Shown here: positions 1 to 11,403 of the stretch, piece after piece
Position numbering within the stretch: position 1 is the first letter of the stretch
Layout: the number at the start of each line of letters is the position of its first letter
Assembly (NCBI RefSeq): GCF_032191835.1
Contig: NC_083223.1
Location: 259,160,001 to 259,224,000 of the forward strand
Source of the DNA: Heteronotia binoei
Taxonomy: Eukaryota
Direction of reading: 5' to 3'
DNA: 64,000 nucleotides
The notes under the pieces: generated by a model
What the model was told of the DNA's origin: nothing
The model's input: the letters and a program-made list of their open reading frames with translations, nothing else
Databases searched by the model: none
Program-made: the position numbers and the translations under genes

Positions 1-1582
1 CATGCTAGTTTTCTACACACGTGGCTACATACAGAGGACCTGTAAAAAGGAGTTCCTCTGAAGCTTTCAGCTAACCAGCAGGCAACCATCATTCTAGCCC
101 TGCCCAAACTGTCCTTTTGCTCACCCAATGGCATAGTGGCAATGGTTTCCATCAATAGTAACTGGACGGTTATTATGTCTCTGCCCACCTGCCCTTCAGT
201 GCAAATAGCACAATGGATTATTACTGGCTTGCCATCTGTTTTTAAGACTGGATTCTAATTTTTATGGTTTTATGATGTGGTTTTATTGTTCATACTTTTG
301 TTGTGACCCAGCCTGAGCCCGTTTCGGGGGAGGGCAGGATAGAAAATAAATAAATAAATAAATACATAAATTTATCTGCAGGAATGTTCTGTCAGGGAAG
401 GCCCACAGTTCGAAGCGGTACAGACAAGACACAGGGAGAATTAGGCCTCAGGTCATCAGGCCTCTGAGGGAAAATGTACAGATTGCAGACTGCTGAGCAA
501 CAATTTCATTCTGCTCCCACTTTCTAAAATCTAATGAAGAGGCTGGCAAACAACTTCAACACTTAATAGTACTTTTAAAAATAGTTTTGTAGATTTAAAT
601 TAACCATAAAATTAGGCGATCTGTAAGTTTTTGCTGTTTGCATTGGCTTGCCACTCCCCGCCACACAAAATTTCAGGCTACCGGGCTCTCTGGGGAAAAA
701 AGCAGGAAAACATCCCCCTCCACACAACAATTTCTTTTCCAGAGTGGATGGGAGATAGTAAAAAGGGTCTGGAAAATTTTGAGACCACCTGGTGTCAGCT
801 CAAGAAAGTTGGGGGCCTTCACAGGCACCTGGATGTAAGTCCACATAACTGGGAATAGGCAAGGTGTAGAAACTGAGAAGCCCCCCACCCTGCCTCTGAC
901 TTTTTCAGGTGTCCTAAAGATGGCAGTGCCATTAAGCTGGGTGAATGCTTCTAGACGCCTACACTTTCTAGTAGTCTTACCCCAGCTAAGACCTCACTTT
1001 ACCACACTGACTGCTTTTTTGTCAATGTTTCTTGTCTGCCTTCCTATCCCACCTGGAGCACTTTCAGGAAAGAACACAATCCAAACACAATTATTATGCC
1101 ATCTGGATGGCAAAGTGCACGTTTTCAAAGATCCCACCCAAACAGGTGACGTTTTCCTGTCATAAACCCCTCATGGCTGCCATTTTCCCAGTTATGCCAC
1201 CAACTGGTGGCACGGCAGGGAAAATGGTGGCTGTGAGGGGCTGACTAAAGAAGAGTGGATGAAGAAATCCCACATGGAATTTTCACTGCCAATGCATTCA
1301 CAGAGGTGACTGAAGCAACACAGAAAATCCTCATTGTGTGGCAGCAGCACTACCATGGTGGCTATAGATGTGGGAGTGTCAGCTGCCACCACCCTCACAT
1401 TATCCCGCAACTGGCAGTCCCTCCTTTCCGTCACACAATGAAGTCACAGACGCTGTCTTGATCCCAAGCCCCTAATTCTATCTCCATCTGCCAACGCCTC
1501 TAATCCTCAGGGTTTGGCACGGCAGGAAGCAGCTCTCATTGGCCTAAGATAACCCATATCATTTCCTCTTTGAGTTTTTTAC

Positions 1583-1671
1583 CTTCAGCACGTGGTGTCG
1601 GGGAGCTCCAGCTGGAAGACGGAAGAACCAACTTGGACCTTGAATGCAGCCTTTCAAGTTCCAACTGACAC
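1583..1671 (-). CDS. CENP-F-like paralog, coding exon 3 (R-CQLELERLHSRSKLVLPSSSWSSPTPRAE)
   Basis: atcctacag|G acceptor completes AG|G (Arg); G|GTAAAA donor; 89 nt open; CQLELER parallels CENPF CKSELER. Confidence 0.75.
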
Positions 1672-2284
1672 CTGTAGGATTTTTTAAAAAACAATGAGAA
1701 ATGGGGGGGGGGGCGGGGGGAGTAAGGGCTGCAGTCTGAGTGTCACTGTTGGAAGTATTCATCAAGAGCACAGAAACCTCTGTGAGAGAACTGGAGCCCC
1801 ACAGAGAAGTTGCTGTTCGTATAAATATTTTTTTGTAAAAAACAAGACATCTAAAAAGAAATGCCTAGGGCTATAGCTATAACGAAGTGAAGTGTAGCAT
1901 AGCTAAGAGGTGAAACTATGAACCACAAGTTCTGTGTTCAAATCTAACCTCTGCTATAGATTTTGACCCACTGGTCTTGGACAAGTTGCTGATTCCACCC
2001 ACCCCCACAATTCCATCCACCCCCACCCCTGGCCATATGCAATACAGGGATAATAATGATAGTGGCATACCTTACAGAGTTGCTTTAAAGATTATTGAGT
2101 TAATATGAAGCACTTTAAGTTCTCTAAAGCTCTTTATATAAGCGTTGTATTTTATAAAAATAAAAATGTTTCTGCGCTGAGATAAAACCAAATTACCTCA
2201 AAATCAGGTACACTGTGCATGTGTGTGTGTGTGGATAGCATGCTGACAGCCAATCAGTTTGTGGCAACCCAAGGCCCATAGGAT

Positions 2285-2440
2285 TTTAAAGGCAAGAGAT
2301 AAGCAGGGATTGTTTGCCATTGCTTTCCTTTGCACAGCAACCCCAGTTCTCCTTGGTAGACTTCAATCTACTAACCACGGCTAACCCTGCTTAGCTTCTG
2401 AGATCTGATGAGATCAGGCTGGTCAGAGGTATTCTGGCTG
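2285..2440 (-). mobile_element. 5S rRNA-derived SINE (5S-Sauria-like); further copies ~13290-13470, 13750-13930, 24840-24990, 30990-31150, 47600-47700
   Basis: Reverse complement of GATCTCAGAAGCTAAGCAGGG 5S box-A head fused to a ggcaatggcaaac...ccttgaaaa body. Confidence 0.7.
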
Positions 2441-2812
2441 CTATGATTTCCATAGATCATGCAAACTGAGAAAAAAAAAATGGCAAATATCTACTTATTT
2501 TGGGAAATGTATTCCAATTCTACTTAATTCATAGGGAAGAGCAAGCACCAATGCCCAGCCCCATGGTGTTTGGACATACAACGAAACTCTTCCTTCTAAC
2601 TTCTGAAATTTCTCTAAACACTAGCAGGACACTTTCAGTATATACCTGAAAGCTAGAAATATAGTCATTATTTTTAAAAACTGTCTTTTTAAGGGCACAC
2701 AGGTCCTGCAAACAGGTTTGCATTGTGTTCTTTGCAGCAGTAACAAATACTTGCAGCAGCCTTCACTGCCCTTTCGACGCAGATCCCACTGCTGACACCA
2801 GTGTTTACATAC

Positions 2813-3009
2813 CTACGCAGCTCTTCCTCAAGGTCTGCTTGGCGGCGGGTCGCCTGAGCTAGCTGAGCTTCAAGGCAGCCCTGCTGGGCTTCTTTGGCTT
2901 GCAGCTCCTGGGCTAGACGCTGGCGAGCTCGTTCTGTCTGCTCCCGGGCTTCAGCCAGGCTCCGGTTCTGCTGAGAAATGAGGGACCACGAGACTCTCTC
3001 TTCTTCGTG
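2813..3009 (-). CDS. CENP-F-like paralog, coding exon 2 (coiled coil HEEERVSW...DLEEELR)
   Basis: ttctttgcag|CAC acceptor, AG|GTATGT donor, 197 nt; phase 0 matches exon 1; ELQAKEAQ..LEAQL..LEEELRR parallels CENPF ELQVKESQ..EGQL..LEQELKR. Confidence 0.88.
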
Positions 3010-3075
3010 CTGCAAAGAACAAAGGAAGGAGAGCTTCTTAAATGAAGAGTTGCTATGTGCTCAAAAGTTATAGAG

Positions 3076-3400
3076 CAGGGTGGCCAAACTGTGGCTTGGG
3101 AACCACATGTGGGTCTTTCACACATATCATGTGGCTCTCGAAGCTCCCACTACCCTGTCGGCCATCTTGGAGAAGGCATTTCTCTCTTTAAATCATTCCT
3201 CCAAGCCAAGCCAGCTGGCAGCTTGGAGAGTGCATTTAAGGTTAAAGCTGCTTTCTTTTCACCTTTCCCTCCCTCCTCATTTATTTTCCTGCTTTCCTGT
3301 CTTGCAGCTCTCAAACATCTGACGTTCATGTCTTGTGGCTCTCAAACATCTGACATTTATTCTATGTGGCTCTTACTTTAAGCAAGTTTGGCCACCTCTG
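3076..3400. mobile_element. hAT (Charlie-like) MITE; relatives ~13945-14160, 24495-24794, 31583-31878
   Basis: TIR CAGGG(G)TGGCCAAAC / GTTTGGCCACC(C/T)CTG; 8-bp TSDs, e.g. gactaacg/gactaatg at 31575/31879 and gcttagag/gcttagaa at 24487/24795. Confidence 0.85.
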
Positions 3401-4230
3401 CTGTAGAGACATTCCTCTCCCCCAAAATATCATAGCCAGGGCTCTGGTCCTTCTGGATGCGCGCACACACACACATCACATTAAAAGATTAAATGAGAAG
3501 TCCATATGACCCAATGAGACATATTAAGTATACTTGGAAATATTTAAGTTTTGCAATATTTCCTTTTCCATGGTTAGGTTTTCAGTAAGGAATTTATGCC
3601 AAGTAAGAGACACAGAACTGTGGGTGGGTGTACAGTTGCCAGGTCTCCTTTAGCTACTGGTGTGGGGGGGGGGGCAGGAGACATAAGAGTTGCCAGTTTC
3701 AGGTTGGGAAATTCCTGGAAATTCAGGGATGGAGCCTGGGGAGGACAGGCACCTCAGTGGGCCCTCCAAGCAACTATTTTCACCAGGGGAACTGATCTCT
3801 GTAGTGTAGAGATGAGCTGTGATTCTGGGATACCCAGGCCCCATCTGGAGGCTGCCCCCCCAAAGTGTGTGGGATTTCTTTCTCTGGCATCTTGAGGTCT
3901 CGGGACTTGCTTTATTTTGATAAACTCAGAACTGAGATTCTTAACACTGCTGTCACATATTGCAATGCCCAATGAACCCATGGTTTCACAAAGCAACCTT
4001 AGATAAGCTGCTCTCTCACCTACCCCTAGGGGGCTGCCAGCTCTGAGTTGGGACGTAACTGGGGATTTTGGGGGCGCAGCCTGGGGAAGGTGGGGTTTGA
4101 GGAGGGAAGGGACCTCAGCAGGGTAGGGTCCACCCTCCAAAGTTCTTATTTTCTCCAGGAGGGCTGATCTTGGTCATCTGGGGACAAATTCTAATAAAGG
4201 GAGATCTCCAGGTGCCGCTTGGAAGCTGGC

Positions 4231-4727
4231 AACATAAGAGAAGCCATGCTGGATCAGACCAATGGCCCATCCAGTCCAACACTCTGTGCCACAAAGTGGC
4301 AAAAAAACCCAAGTGCCATCAGGAGGTCCACCAGTGGGGCCAGGACACTAGAAGCCCCCACCCCAAGCACCAAGAATACAGAGCATCACTGACCCAGACA
4401 GAGAGTTCCAACAATACGCTGTGGCTAAGAGCCACTGACAGACCTCTGCTCCATATGCTTATCCAATCTCCTCTCGAAGCTGTCTATGCTTGTAGCTGTC
4501 ACCACCTTCTGCGGCAGTGAATTCCATGTGTTAATCACCCTTTGGGTGAAGAAGTACTTCCTTTTATCAGTTCTAACCTGACTACTCAGCAATTTCATTG
4601 AATGTCCATGAGTTCTCATATTGTGAGAAAGGAAGAAAAGTACTTCATTCTCTACCTTCTGTATCCCATGCATAATCTTGTAAATCTCTATCATGTCACC
4701 CCTCAGTCGACGTTTCTCCAAGCTAAA
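4231..4727 (-). mobile_element. CR1 LINE 3' fragment
   Basis: ORF2 C-terminus RRLRGDMIEIYKIMHG...RGHSMKL...KYFFTQRVINTWNSLP...DKHM followed by a 3' UTR ending in a cttatgtt-type tail. Confidence 0.92.
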
Positions 4728-5595
4728 CCCTACCTCCCCCCCCCCTCAGTATCATGGGAAAACACCACCACTAGCATCCCTTGCAGGGAGGATTACTAAA
4801 ATAATGTATATGAACACTTGGGAAATACAAAAGTACCATGCTTTTGCAAGAGCTGGAGAGGCGTATCAGTTACAAATCTGGTTCAGAATCTCGGCCTAAA
4901 CTCACTGTATGTTTTTTTTAGCCACACAGTGGGTACATGTCCCCATCTGAAATTTGAGTAGGTGGCTGCTTTGTTTCAAAGCATAAAATCCAAAAATATA
5001 TGTGGGTGAAGAGTTCTCAAATAGGTTTGTGAAGATTAAAACAATCAGGCTTTACAGAAACACCCTGGTGCATAAAAGAGCATAAAAACTAAATCAAAGT
5101 GAGATTTTAAAAAGCAGAAGTCTTAAAAAGAAGAGCACGAAAACAGTCATTGATGAAATGCATGGGAGGGAGAGGGAATAAGGCAATCTCATTTGATTCC
5201 TAAAGAAAAACAAAACGGGTGTCAAGAAAGTCTCAAATAAGGTTATTCCACAATTGGGAAGCCACCACAGGAAAGTCCCTGTCCCCCTGCCCATCACAGC
5301 TTGCCTAATTTCACAGAGCACATTCTCAGAAGACGACCTCAGAGAACAGGCAGGTTTGTGTGAGAGCTGGTGGCACTTCAGGTAACCATAGTGGCCTTCC
5401 TTAAGGGGCTGCTGTCATGACTGCAGAGACAATGCACATGAAACTCTTTGGAAAAACATGTGAGGAGGTGGCAGGTTGGGTCAGAACGTGAAAGTCTAGG
5501 TTGCACACACAAAGTGGGTTGCAGAGTCTTAAGGGAGCCCTAATGCAAACTAAGTTGCCAGCCAGGTCCCCCCGACAACTGGTGGGGGATAGGGG

Positions 5596-5791
5596 GTAAA
5601 ATTGCCAGCTCGAGGTTGGGAAACTCCTGGAGATTTGGGGATGGAGCTTAGAGAAGACAGGGACCTCATTGGAGTTCAATGCCACAGAGTTCACCCTCCA
5701 GTCCATTTTCTCCAGGGGAACTAATCTCTGTAGTCTGGAGGTTAACTGTAGTTCCAGGGGATCCTCAGGGCCCACCTGGAGGCTGGCATCC
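5596..5791. mobile_element. Short (~190-220 bp) hAT MITE with (TA)GGGTTGCCA-type ends; copies ~3688-3856, 4028-4230, 6149-6343, 7862-8110, 8670-8830, 52040-52200, 55465-55690, 59185-59390
   Basis: Repeated body gggaaattcctggagattt...ccattttctccaggggaactgatctctg...ccacctggagg..ggcaaccct. Confidence 0.75.
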
Positions 5792-5856
5792 CTAACACAC
5801 TATTATTCAACTGCTCGCTCTCTCCTTTTGCAATGCATGGCCTACTTTACAGGGTG

Positions 5857-5977
5857 GTTGTTAGGACAGCAATGAAGATCCTGTGAATTTAGGGGGAAGT
5901 ATCTGTGAGTTTCCTGCATTGTGCAGGGGGTTGGACTAGATGACCCTGGAGGTCCCTTCCAACTCTATGATTCTATG
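5857..5977 (+). mobile_element. CR1 extreme 3' end; similar pieces 14820-15001 (+) and 63332-63385 (-)
   Basis: ggggttggactagatgaccctggaggtcccttccaactctatgattctatga terminus. Confidence 0.85.
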
Positions 5978-6359
5978 ACTACCAAAAATAAATGTATACA
6001 ATGCATTTTGAATGCTACAGAAAAACATGCTTAGCCATCAGTCACAGCCCTGCTATGATTTTTATTCTCCGATGACGCACCAGGCCAGCAGAAACATCTT
6101 TGTGGGCCCACCCCAAAGACAGGGCCCAACTCTTCTGCTCTGACCTTTCCTAATACCTGGAGACCTTGGAGGCGCAGCCTGGAGACAGTGGGGTTTGGGG
6201 AGGCGAGGGACCACATCTTGGTACAGTGCCATAGAGTCCACCCTTCAAAGCAGCCATTTTCTCCAGGGGAGCTGATCTCTGCCATCTGGACATCAGTTGG
6301 TAAAGCGGGAGATCTCCAGGCCCCACCTGGAAGCTGGCAACCCTACCCTTTCCGGTTAC

Positions 6360-6521
6360 CTTCTTTCTCTGCTTGTGCATTATGGCCTCCAGGGTGTCTA
6401 GCTGCACCTGCTTCTGCTGGCGCTCCTTCTGCAAGCGCTCCAAGCGCTGCTCCACCTCGGCTATGGCCCTCAGGGCCTGGACCGGCAGCCCCACCTTCCA
6501 TTCTTCGGCCGGCCAGCTCAT
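6360..6521 (-). CDS. CENP-F N-terminal-domain paralog, coding exon 1 (MSWPAEEWKVGLPVQALRAIAEVEQRLERLQKERQQKQVQLDTLEAIMHKQRKK)
   Basis: ATG at 6521 with an in-frame TAA just upstream; 162 nt (54 codons) ending AAG|GTAACC; aligns gap-free with the recalled human CENPF N-terminus MSWALEEWKEGLPTRALQKIQELE... Confidence 0.88.
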
Positions 6522-7192
6522 GATACCCAATTAGTGCCCCGGCTGGGCCTGCAGTCAGGCTTGCGATGCCAAGGCCTTCTTTTCCCCCACTCTCTCCGTC
6601 CTCCAAGGACAGATTGCTGGGATTATAACGCCAGCAAGGGTTTAGGGCCGCGTCAGAGCTGAAATCCCTCCTACGTCCGACAGCAGACGGGGCAGGAAAG
6701 GGCCAGTCACATGCACCTGACAGGGCCGTTCACAAGGTCATCCTACTCCGGATTTTCAACTCTGGGTTGCACTGGAGGCAATTGGGATTTCGGCCTTCCT
6801 CTCAGAGTTTGCAGGAAGAGTCCAAACTCAGGATGAGGAACAAAGAAACCAGGAGGGTGCTGTTTTCCACAGGACCGCCTTCTCTTCCCATTTGAAATGT
6901 TAAGCCCACCCATTTTTCCGGCATGTTCTTCTGGTCTCCCTCCTTTCTGTGAGAAAGTATGAATGAGGCAAGGGCCACCAATGCAGGCATGAAAAGTAGG
7001 CTTTCCTCCTTGGCGTAGCCAAAGCATAGAGAACGTAAGCAAAGAGCAGGTGAGATCTAACTTGTCAGGGCAGAAGCTGGCCAGTCCTCCGAAATTTACT
7101 GGTTTTGGTTTTCTCCACCGTTAGTTGTCTGGCAGATTTAGGGATTAGAAAAGTGCGCTAGTAATTCTCAATTGAAGATTTTAGGCCTACAG

Positions 7193-7696
7193 TAGGGTTG
7201 CCAAGTCCCATTCAAGAAATATCTGTGGACTTTGGGGGTGGAGCCAGGAGACATTAGGGGTGGAGCCAAGATCAAGGCTGTGACAAGCATAATTGAACTC
7301 CAAAGGGAGTTCTGGCCCTCACATTTAAAGGGACGGCACACCTTTTCAATTCCTTCCATAGGAAATAATGAACAATAGGGGCACCTTCTTTTGGGGCTTA
7401 TAGAATTGGACCCCCTGGTCCAATCTTTTTGAAACGTGGGGGGTATTTTGGGGAGAGGCACTAGATGCTATACTGAAAATTTGGTGCCTCTACCCCAAAA
7501 AACAGCCCCCCCAGAACCCCAGATACCCGCGGATCAATTCTCCATGATTTTCTATGGGAATAAATCTCCATAGAGAATAATAGAGTTCCCAGCAGACATT
7601 TCCCTCCCCTCCCCCCGCTTTCTAATGACCCTGAAGCGAGGGGAGGGCCTCTAAATCGGTGGATCCCCTGCCCCCACCTGGGGATTGGCAACCCTA
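7193..7696. mobile_element. hAT MITE (Blackjack-like TIR TAGGGTTGCCA), 504 bp; relatives 9938-10445 and 44228-45003
   Basis: Both TIRs present; perfect 8-bp TSD GCCTACAG at 7185-7192 and 7697-7704. Confidence 0.9.
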
Positions 7697-9034
7697 GCCT
7701 ACAGTCTCTTTTTTTAATTGAAAAAATTAATAGCCTCCAAGTCCCAGCCCTTGCTTCAACACCCCTAAGCTCCAGGGCTCCACCTCTTCATAGTGGCAGC
7801 CTCAAGAGAGCTGGCAGCTTGACTTAGGCCTCTGAAGCATCATTTATGTTCCAGTAGGGCAGTGCCAACTTCAGGTTGGGAAATTCTTGTAGATTTGAGG
7901 TTGCATTTGAGAATCCAACCTGATATTTTCTCCCGGGGGATTGATCTTGGTAGTCAGGAGATCAATTCTAAGCGATTTCTAAACTCCAGGACCCACCTGG
8001 AAGCTGGCAACTAGGGCTTCCAGCTTTGGGTTAGGAAATACCTGGAGATTTGGAAGGTGGAGCCTGGAGGGGAAGGGGGAGAAAGACCTCAGTATGGTGT
8101 AACTCAGGAGAGGGGAACCTCCGTCCCAAGGGCTGTATACGGCCCTCGAGGTCACTTGGTGTGGCCTTCGGGGATTGCTGGGCCAAACCGAGCCATGTGG
8201 CAGCCTCCCTGGGGCCTGGCTGGCGAGTGAGGATCGTGGGGCCCAGCCGCGCTGTGCAGCAGCCTCCCCAGGGCCAGGCAGGGATCACAAGGCCCAGATG
8301 TACTCTGCAGCAGCCTCCCTGGGGCCTGGCTGGCCAGCCAGAATTGCTGCAGGGCCTCAAAAAGTTACTGTCACAGTTCAGTTTGCACTTGATTATCCTA
8401 GATGATGTGGCCTAATATGCTAATATTAGGGGATGTGGTCTAATATGCTGCTAAGTTCCTGCTGGGCTTTTTTTGCAAAAAAGCCCTGGACCTATACATT
8501 TGCCTTGGGCAGCAGGCCGTGTGTGTGCGTGTTCGCACACCAGATTAGGCTCTTTTCACATGACTTCAAATAGAAAAACAATTATTTGCATTAATTTTTA
8601 TGGCCCACGAATGATGTTATAATATCCATACAGCCCTTGGCAGAAAAAAGGTTCCCCACCCCTGGTATAACTGATCTCCGGCTGGCAGAGATCAGCTTCC
8701 CTGGAGAAAATGGTTGCCTTGAAGGGTGGACTCTATGGCATTGTACCCTGCTAAGGCCCTTTCCCCCTCAAACCCTGCCCTCTCCTGGCTCCACCCCCCC
8801 ACTCTCGAATCTCCAGGTATTTGAAACACAGAACTGGCAACCCTCCAAAGCAGCCATGTTCTTCTGGGGAGCTGATCTCTGTAGTCCCAGGCCCCACCTA
8901 GAGGTTTGTAATCATAAGTACCATCCCTAGTTTGAAACCGCTGTGGGATTCTGGGGAAGGTTTAGCAAGGGACTGAGGCTCAATTCAGGCCCTAACTCCA
9001 TGACAGAAACCGCTTTGGATTTATTGCATCCAAC

Positions 9035-9706
9035 TAGGCTTCCCAACCCTCCCGCCCTGGCGGGGGACCCCAGGATTTCCACCCTCTTCCCCCGCCTTCC
9101 AAAAAATCGGAAGCGGGGGGAGGGGGAAAACGGCGCCGGGGAGCATGGCGAGCCGCCCCATCCCAGAGCGGGCGAGGCTGCCGCGCCGCCGCCGCCCCCT
9201 CCCTGCCCACCACAGCTGCTCCTCTGAGATGGGCCCAGGCTGAGCCCATCTCGGAGGAGCAGCCAAGAGGCGGCAGCAGTGCAGGCAAAACCAGGGGAGG
9301 GCGGAGGCAGGCCAGGAGCATGGCGAGCCGCGAATCCGGGCCCTTCTAGGACCCGGACTTGCCACGCCCCCGGCCCGCCTCCACCCCCCCTATGATTCCA
9401 CCCCAGAGGCGGAGCGGGCGAGGCCGCCACGCCGCTGCCGCCTCTTCTCCACTCGCCGTGGCTGCTCCTCCGATATGGGCTCAGGCTGAGCCCATCTCGG
9501 AGGAGCAGCCACGGCGAGCGGAGAAGAGGCAGCAGCGGCGCAGCAGCGTCGCCCGCTCTGAGACAGGGCGGCTCGCCACGCTCCCCGGTGCCGTTCCCCC
9601 CCTCCCCCCTAGCTCCACCCCAGTGTCTCCTGGCTCCACCCCCAAAGTCTCCTGGCTCCACCCCCAAAGTCCCCAGTTATTTCTGGGGTTGGACTTGGCA
9701 ACCCTA
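9035..9706. mobile_element. GC/CpG-rich hAT MITE, 672 bp
   Basis: Termini taggcttccca / tggcaacccta; perfect 8-bp TSD CATCCAAC at 9027-9034 and 9707-9714. Confidence 0.88.
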
Positions 9707-11191
9707 CATCCAACTTTGACAAGCTTTGCAACATCACTAGTTGTTAACCAACACATCTGCCTCTGGCTTGGTTTGAAACTGCACCACTCAGAGAGGCCAT
9801 TAAAACAAGGTCCCAAGCAGTAGCTTTTCTGCAGAAACTTCCAAGAGTGGGGAAAGTAGTAGCGTCAAAAAACAGGGGCTGAGGGAGCCAAATTTACAAA
9901 CCTAGACCTTGTCTGTCACAACAAGCAAGCCCTAAACTAGGGTTGTGAATTCCCAGGTGGGGGAAGGGGATCCCCCCTGGTTTGGAAGCCCTTTCCCCAC
10001 TTCAGGGGCACCAGAAAATGTGTGGGGGAGAGAGAAATGTCTGCTGGGCACTCCGTTATTCCCTACTGAGACCAATTCCCATAGGGTATAATGGAGAATT
10101 GATCCATGGGTATCTGGGGCTGGGGGCGGGGCGCTGTTTTTTGAGGTAGAGGTACCACATTTTCAGCATAGCATCCAGTGCCTCTCCCCAAAATACCCGC
10201 CACATTTCAAAAGGATTGGACCAGGAGGTTCAATTCTATGAGCCCCCAAAGATGGTGCCCCTATCCTTTATCATTTCCAATAGAGGGAAGGAAGGTTACA
10301 CACATCCCTGTAAATGTGATGGCCAGAACTCCCTTTGGAATTCGATTACGCTTGTCACAACCTTGCTCCTGGCTCCACGCCCAACATCTCCTGGCTCCAC
10401 CCCCAGAGCCCTCAGATATTTCTTGAATTGGACTTGGCAACCCTACCTTAAACTAGGATTTTATTTCTCTTCACCATTTTCTGCAGTCTTACAGAATCCC
10501 TTCACATTGACAGCCTACTTTTAGTTTTTGGCTGCCTTCCACTTTCTCACACTGAACAGCAGCCAGTTAAGGTGGGCAAGACTGGATTTCATATGTACTG
10601 CCCTCCCTAGTGTAGCCATAGCATAGAGGAAGTCAGCGAGGAGCTGGTGGGATCTAATTAGTTAGGGCAGAGGCTGGCCAGTCCTTTGAAATTCATTGTT
10701 TTGGTTTCCACCATCAGTTGTCTGGAAGCTTTGGTGGCTTCCAAAAAGGTAAAAATAAGGGAAGGGTTGGTTGTCCTATCAACAACGTTCACATTGTTGC
10801 TTTGCAAGCAGCTAAAAAAGTCTTCCTGTATTGTCCAACTCTTTTCACAGTGTATTAACCCCTTGCTCACTCTGCGCTATTCAATTTATATTCTCCAGGG
10901 CATTTAACCACTGTATTAAACACAAGATATTGTGTTTATGTACAACTCTTTTTTTATGGAAACAAGAGAAAGGAAGGATTTTATCGGCTATGTTTTTCTT
11001 TATTCCACCCTTCTTCCAAATAACTCAGGATAGTATACTCCTGTTTTACCTTCACCACAATCCTATAAAGTAGGTTAAGCTGGAAGTCTGTGACTGACCC
11101 AAAATCATCGAAGGGCTTCCTACTCTGTCACAGTAACCAATGTACCATGTTTATTAATTCATCTAAAAATTTTCTAACCCACTTGAGATAT

Positions 11192-11403
11192 CATATGAAC
11201 ATATGAAGCTGCCTTATACTGAATCAGACCCTTGGTCCATCAAAGCCAGTATTGTCTTCGCAGACTGGCAGCGGCTCTCCAGGGTCTCAAGCTGAGGATT
11301 TTCACCCCTACTTGCCTGGACCCTTTTTGGAGATGCCAGGGATTGAACCAGCGACCTTCTGCTTACCAAGCAGATGCTCTACCACTGAGCCACCGTCCCT
11401 CCC
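11192..11403 (-). mobile_element. tRNA-derived SINE (Squam2-like); copies 11545-11758 (-), 12218-12433 (+), 31412-31915 (+, interrupted), 42648-42863 (-), 54272-54460 (-)
   Basis: Head gggagggacggtggctcagtggtagagc...ggttcaatcc with A/B boxes; tail ...aggcagcttcatatgttcatatg. Confidence 0.85.

Noticed and set aside
8927-9823. Cluster of overlapping 95-246 aa GC-rich ORFs that look like a gene 5' end
   Set aside because: They lie within a TSD-bounded MITE; the low-complexity Pro/Gly/Ala/Arg translations reflect GC content.
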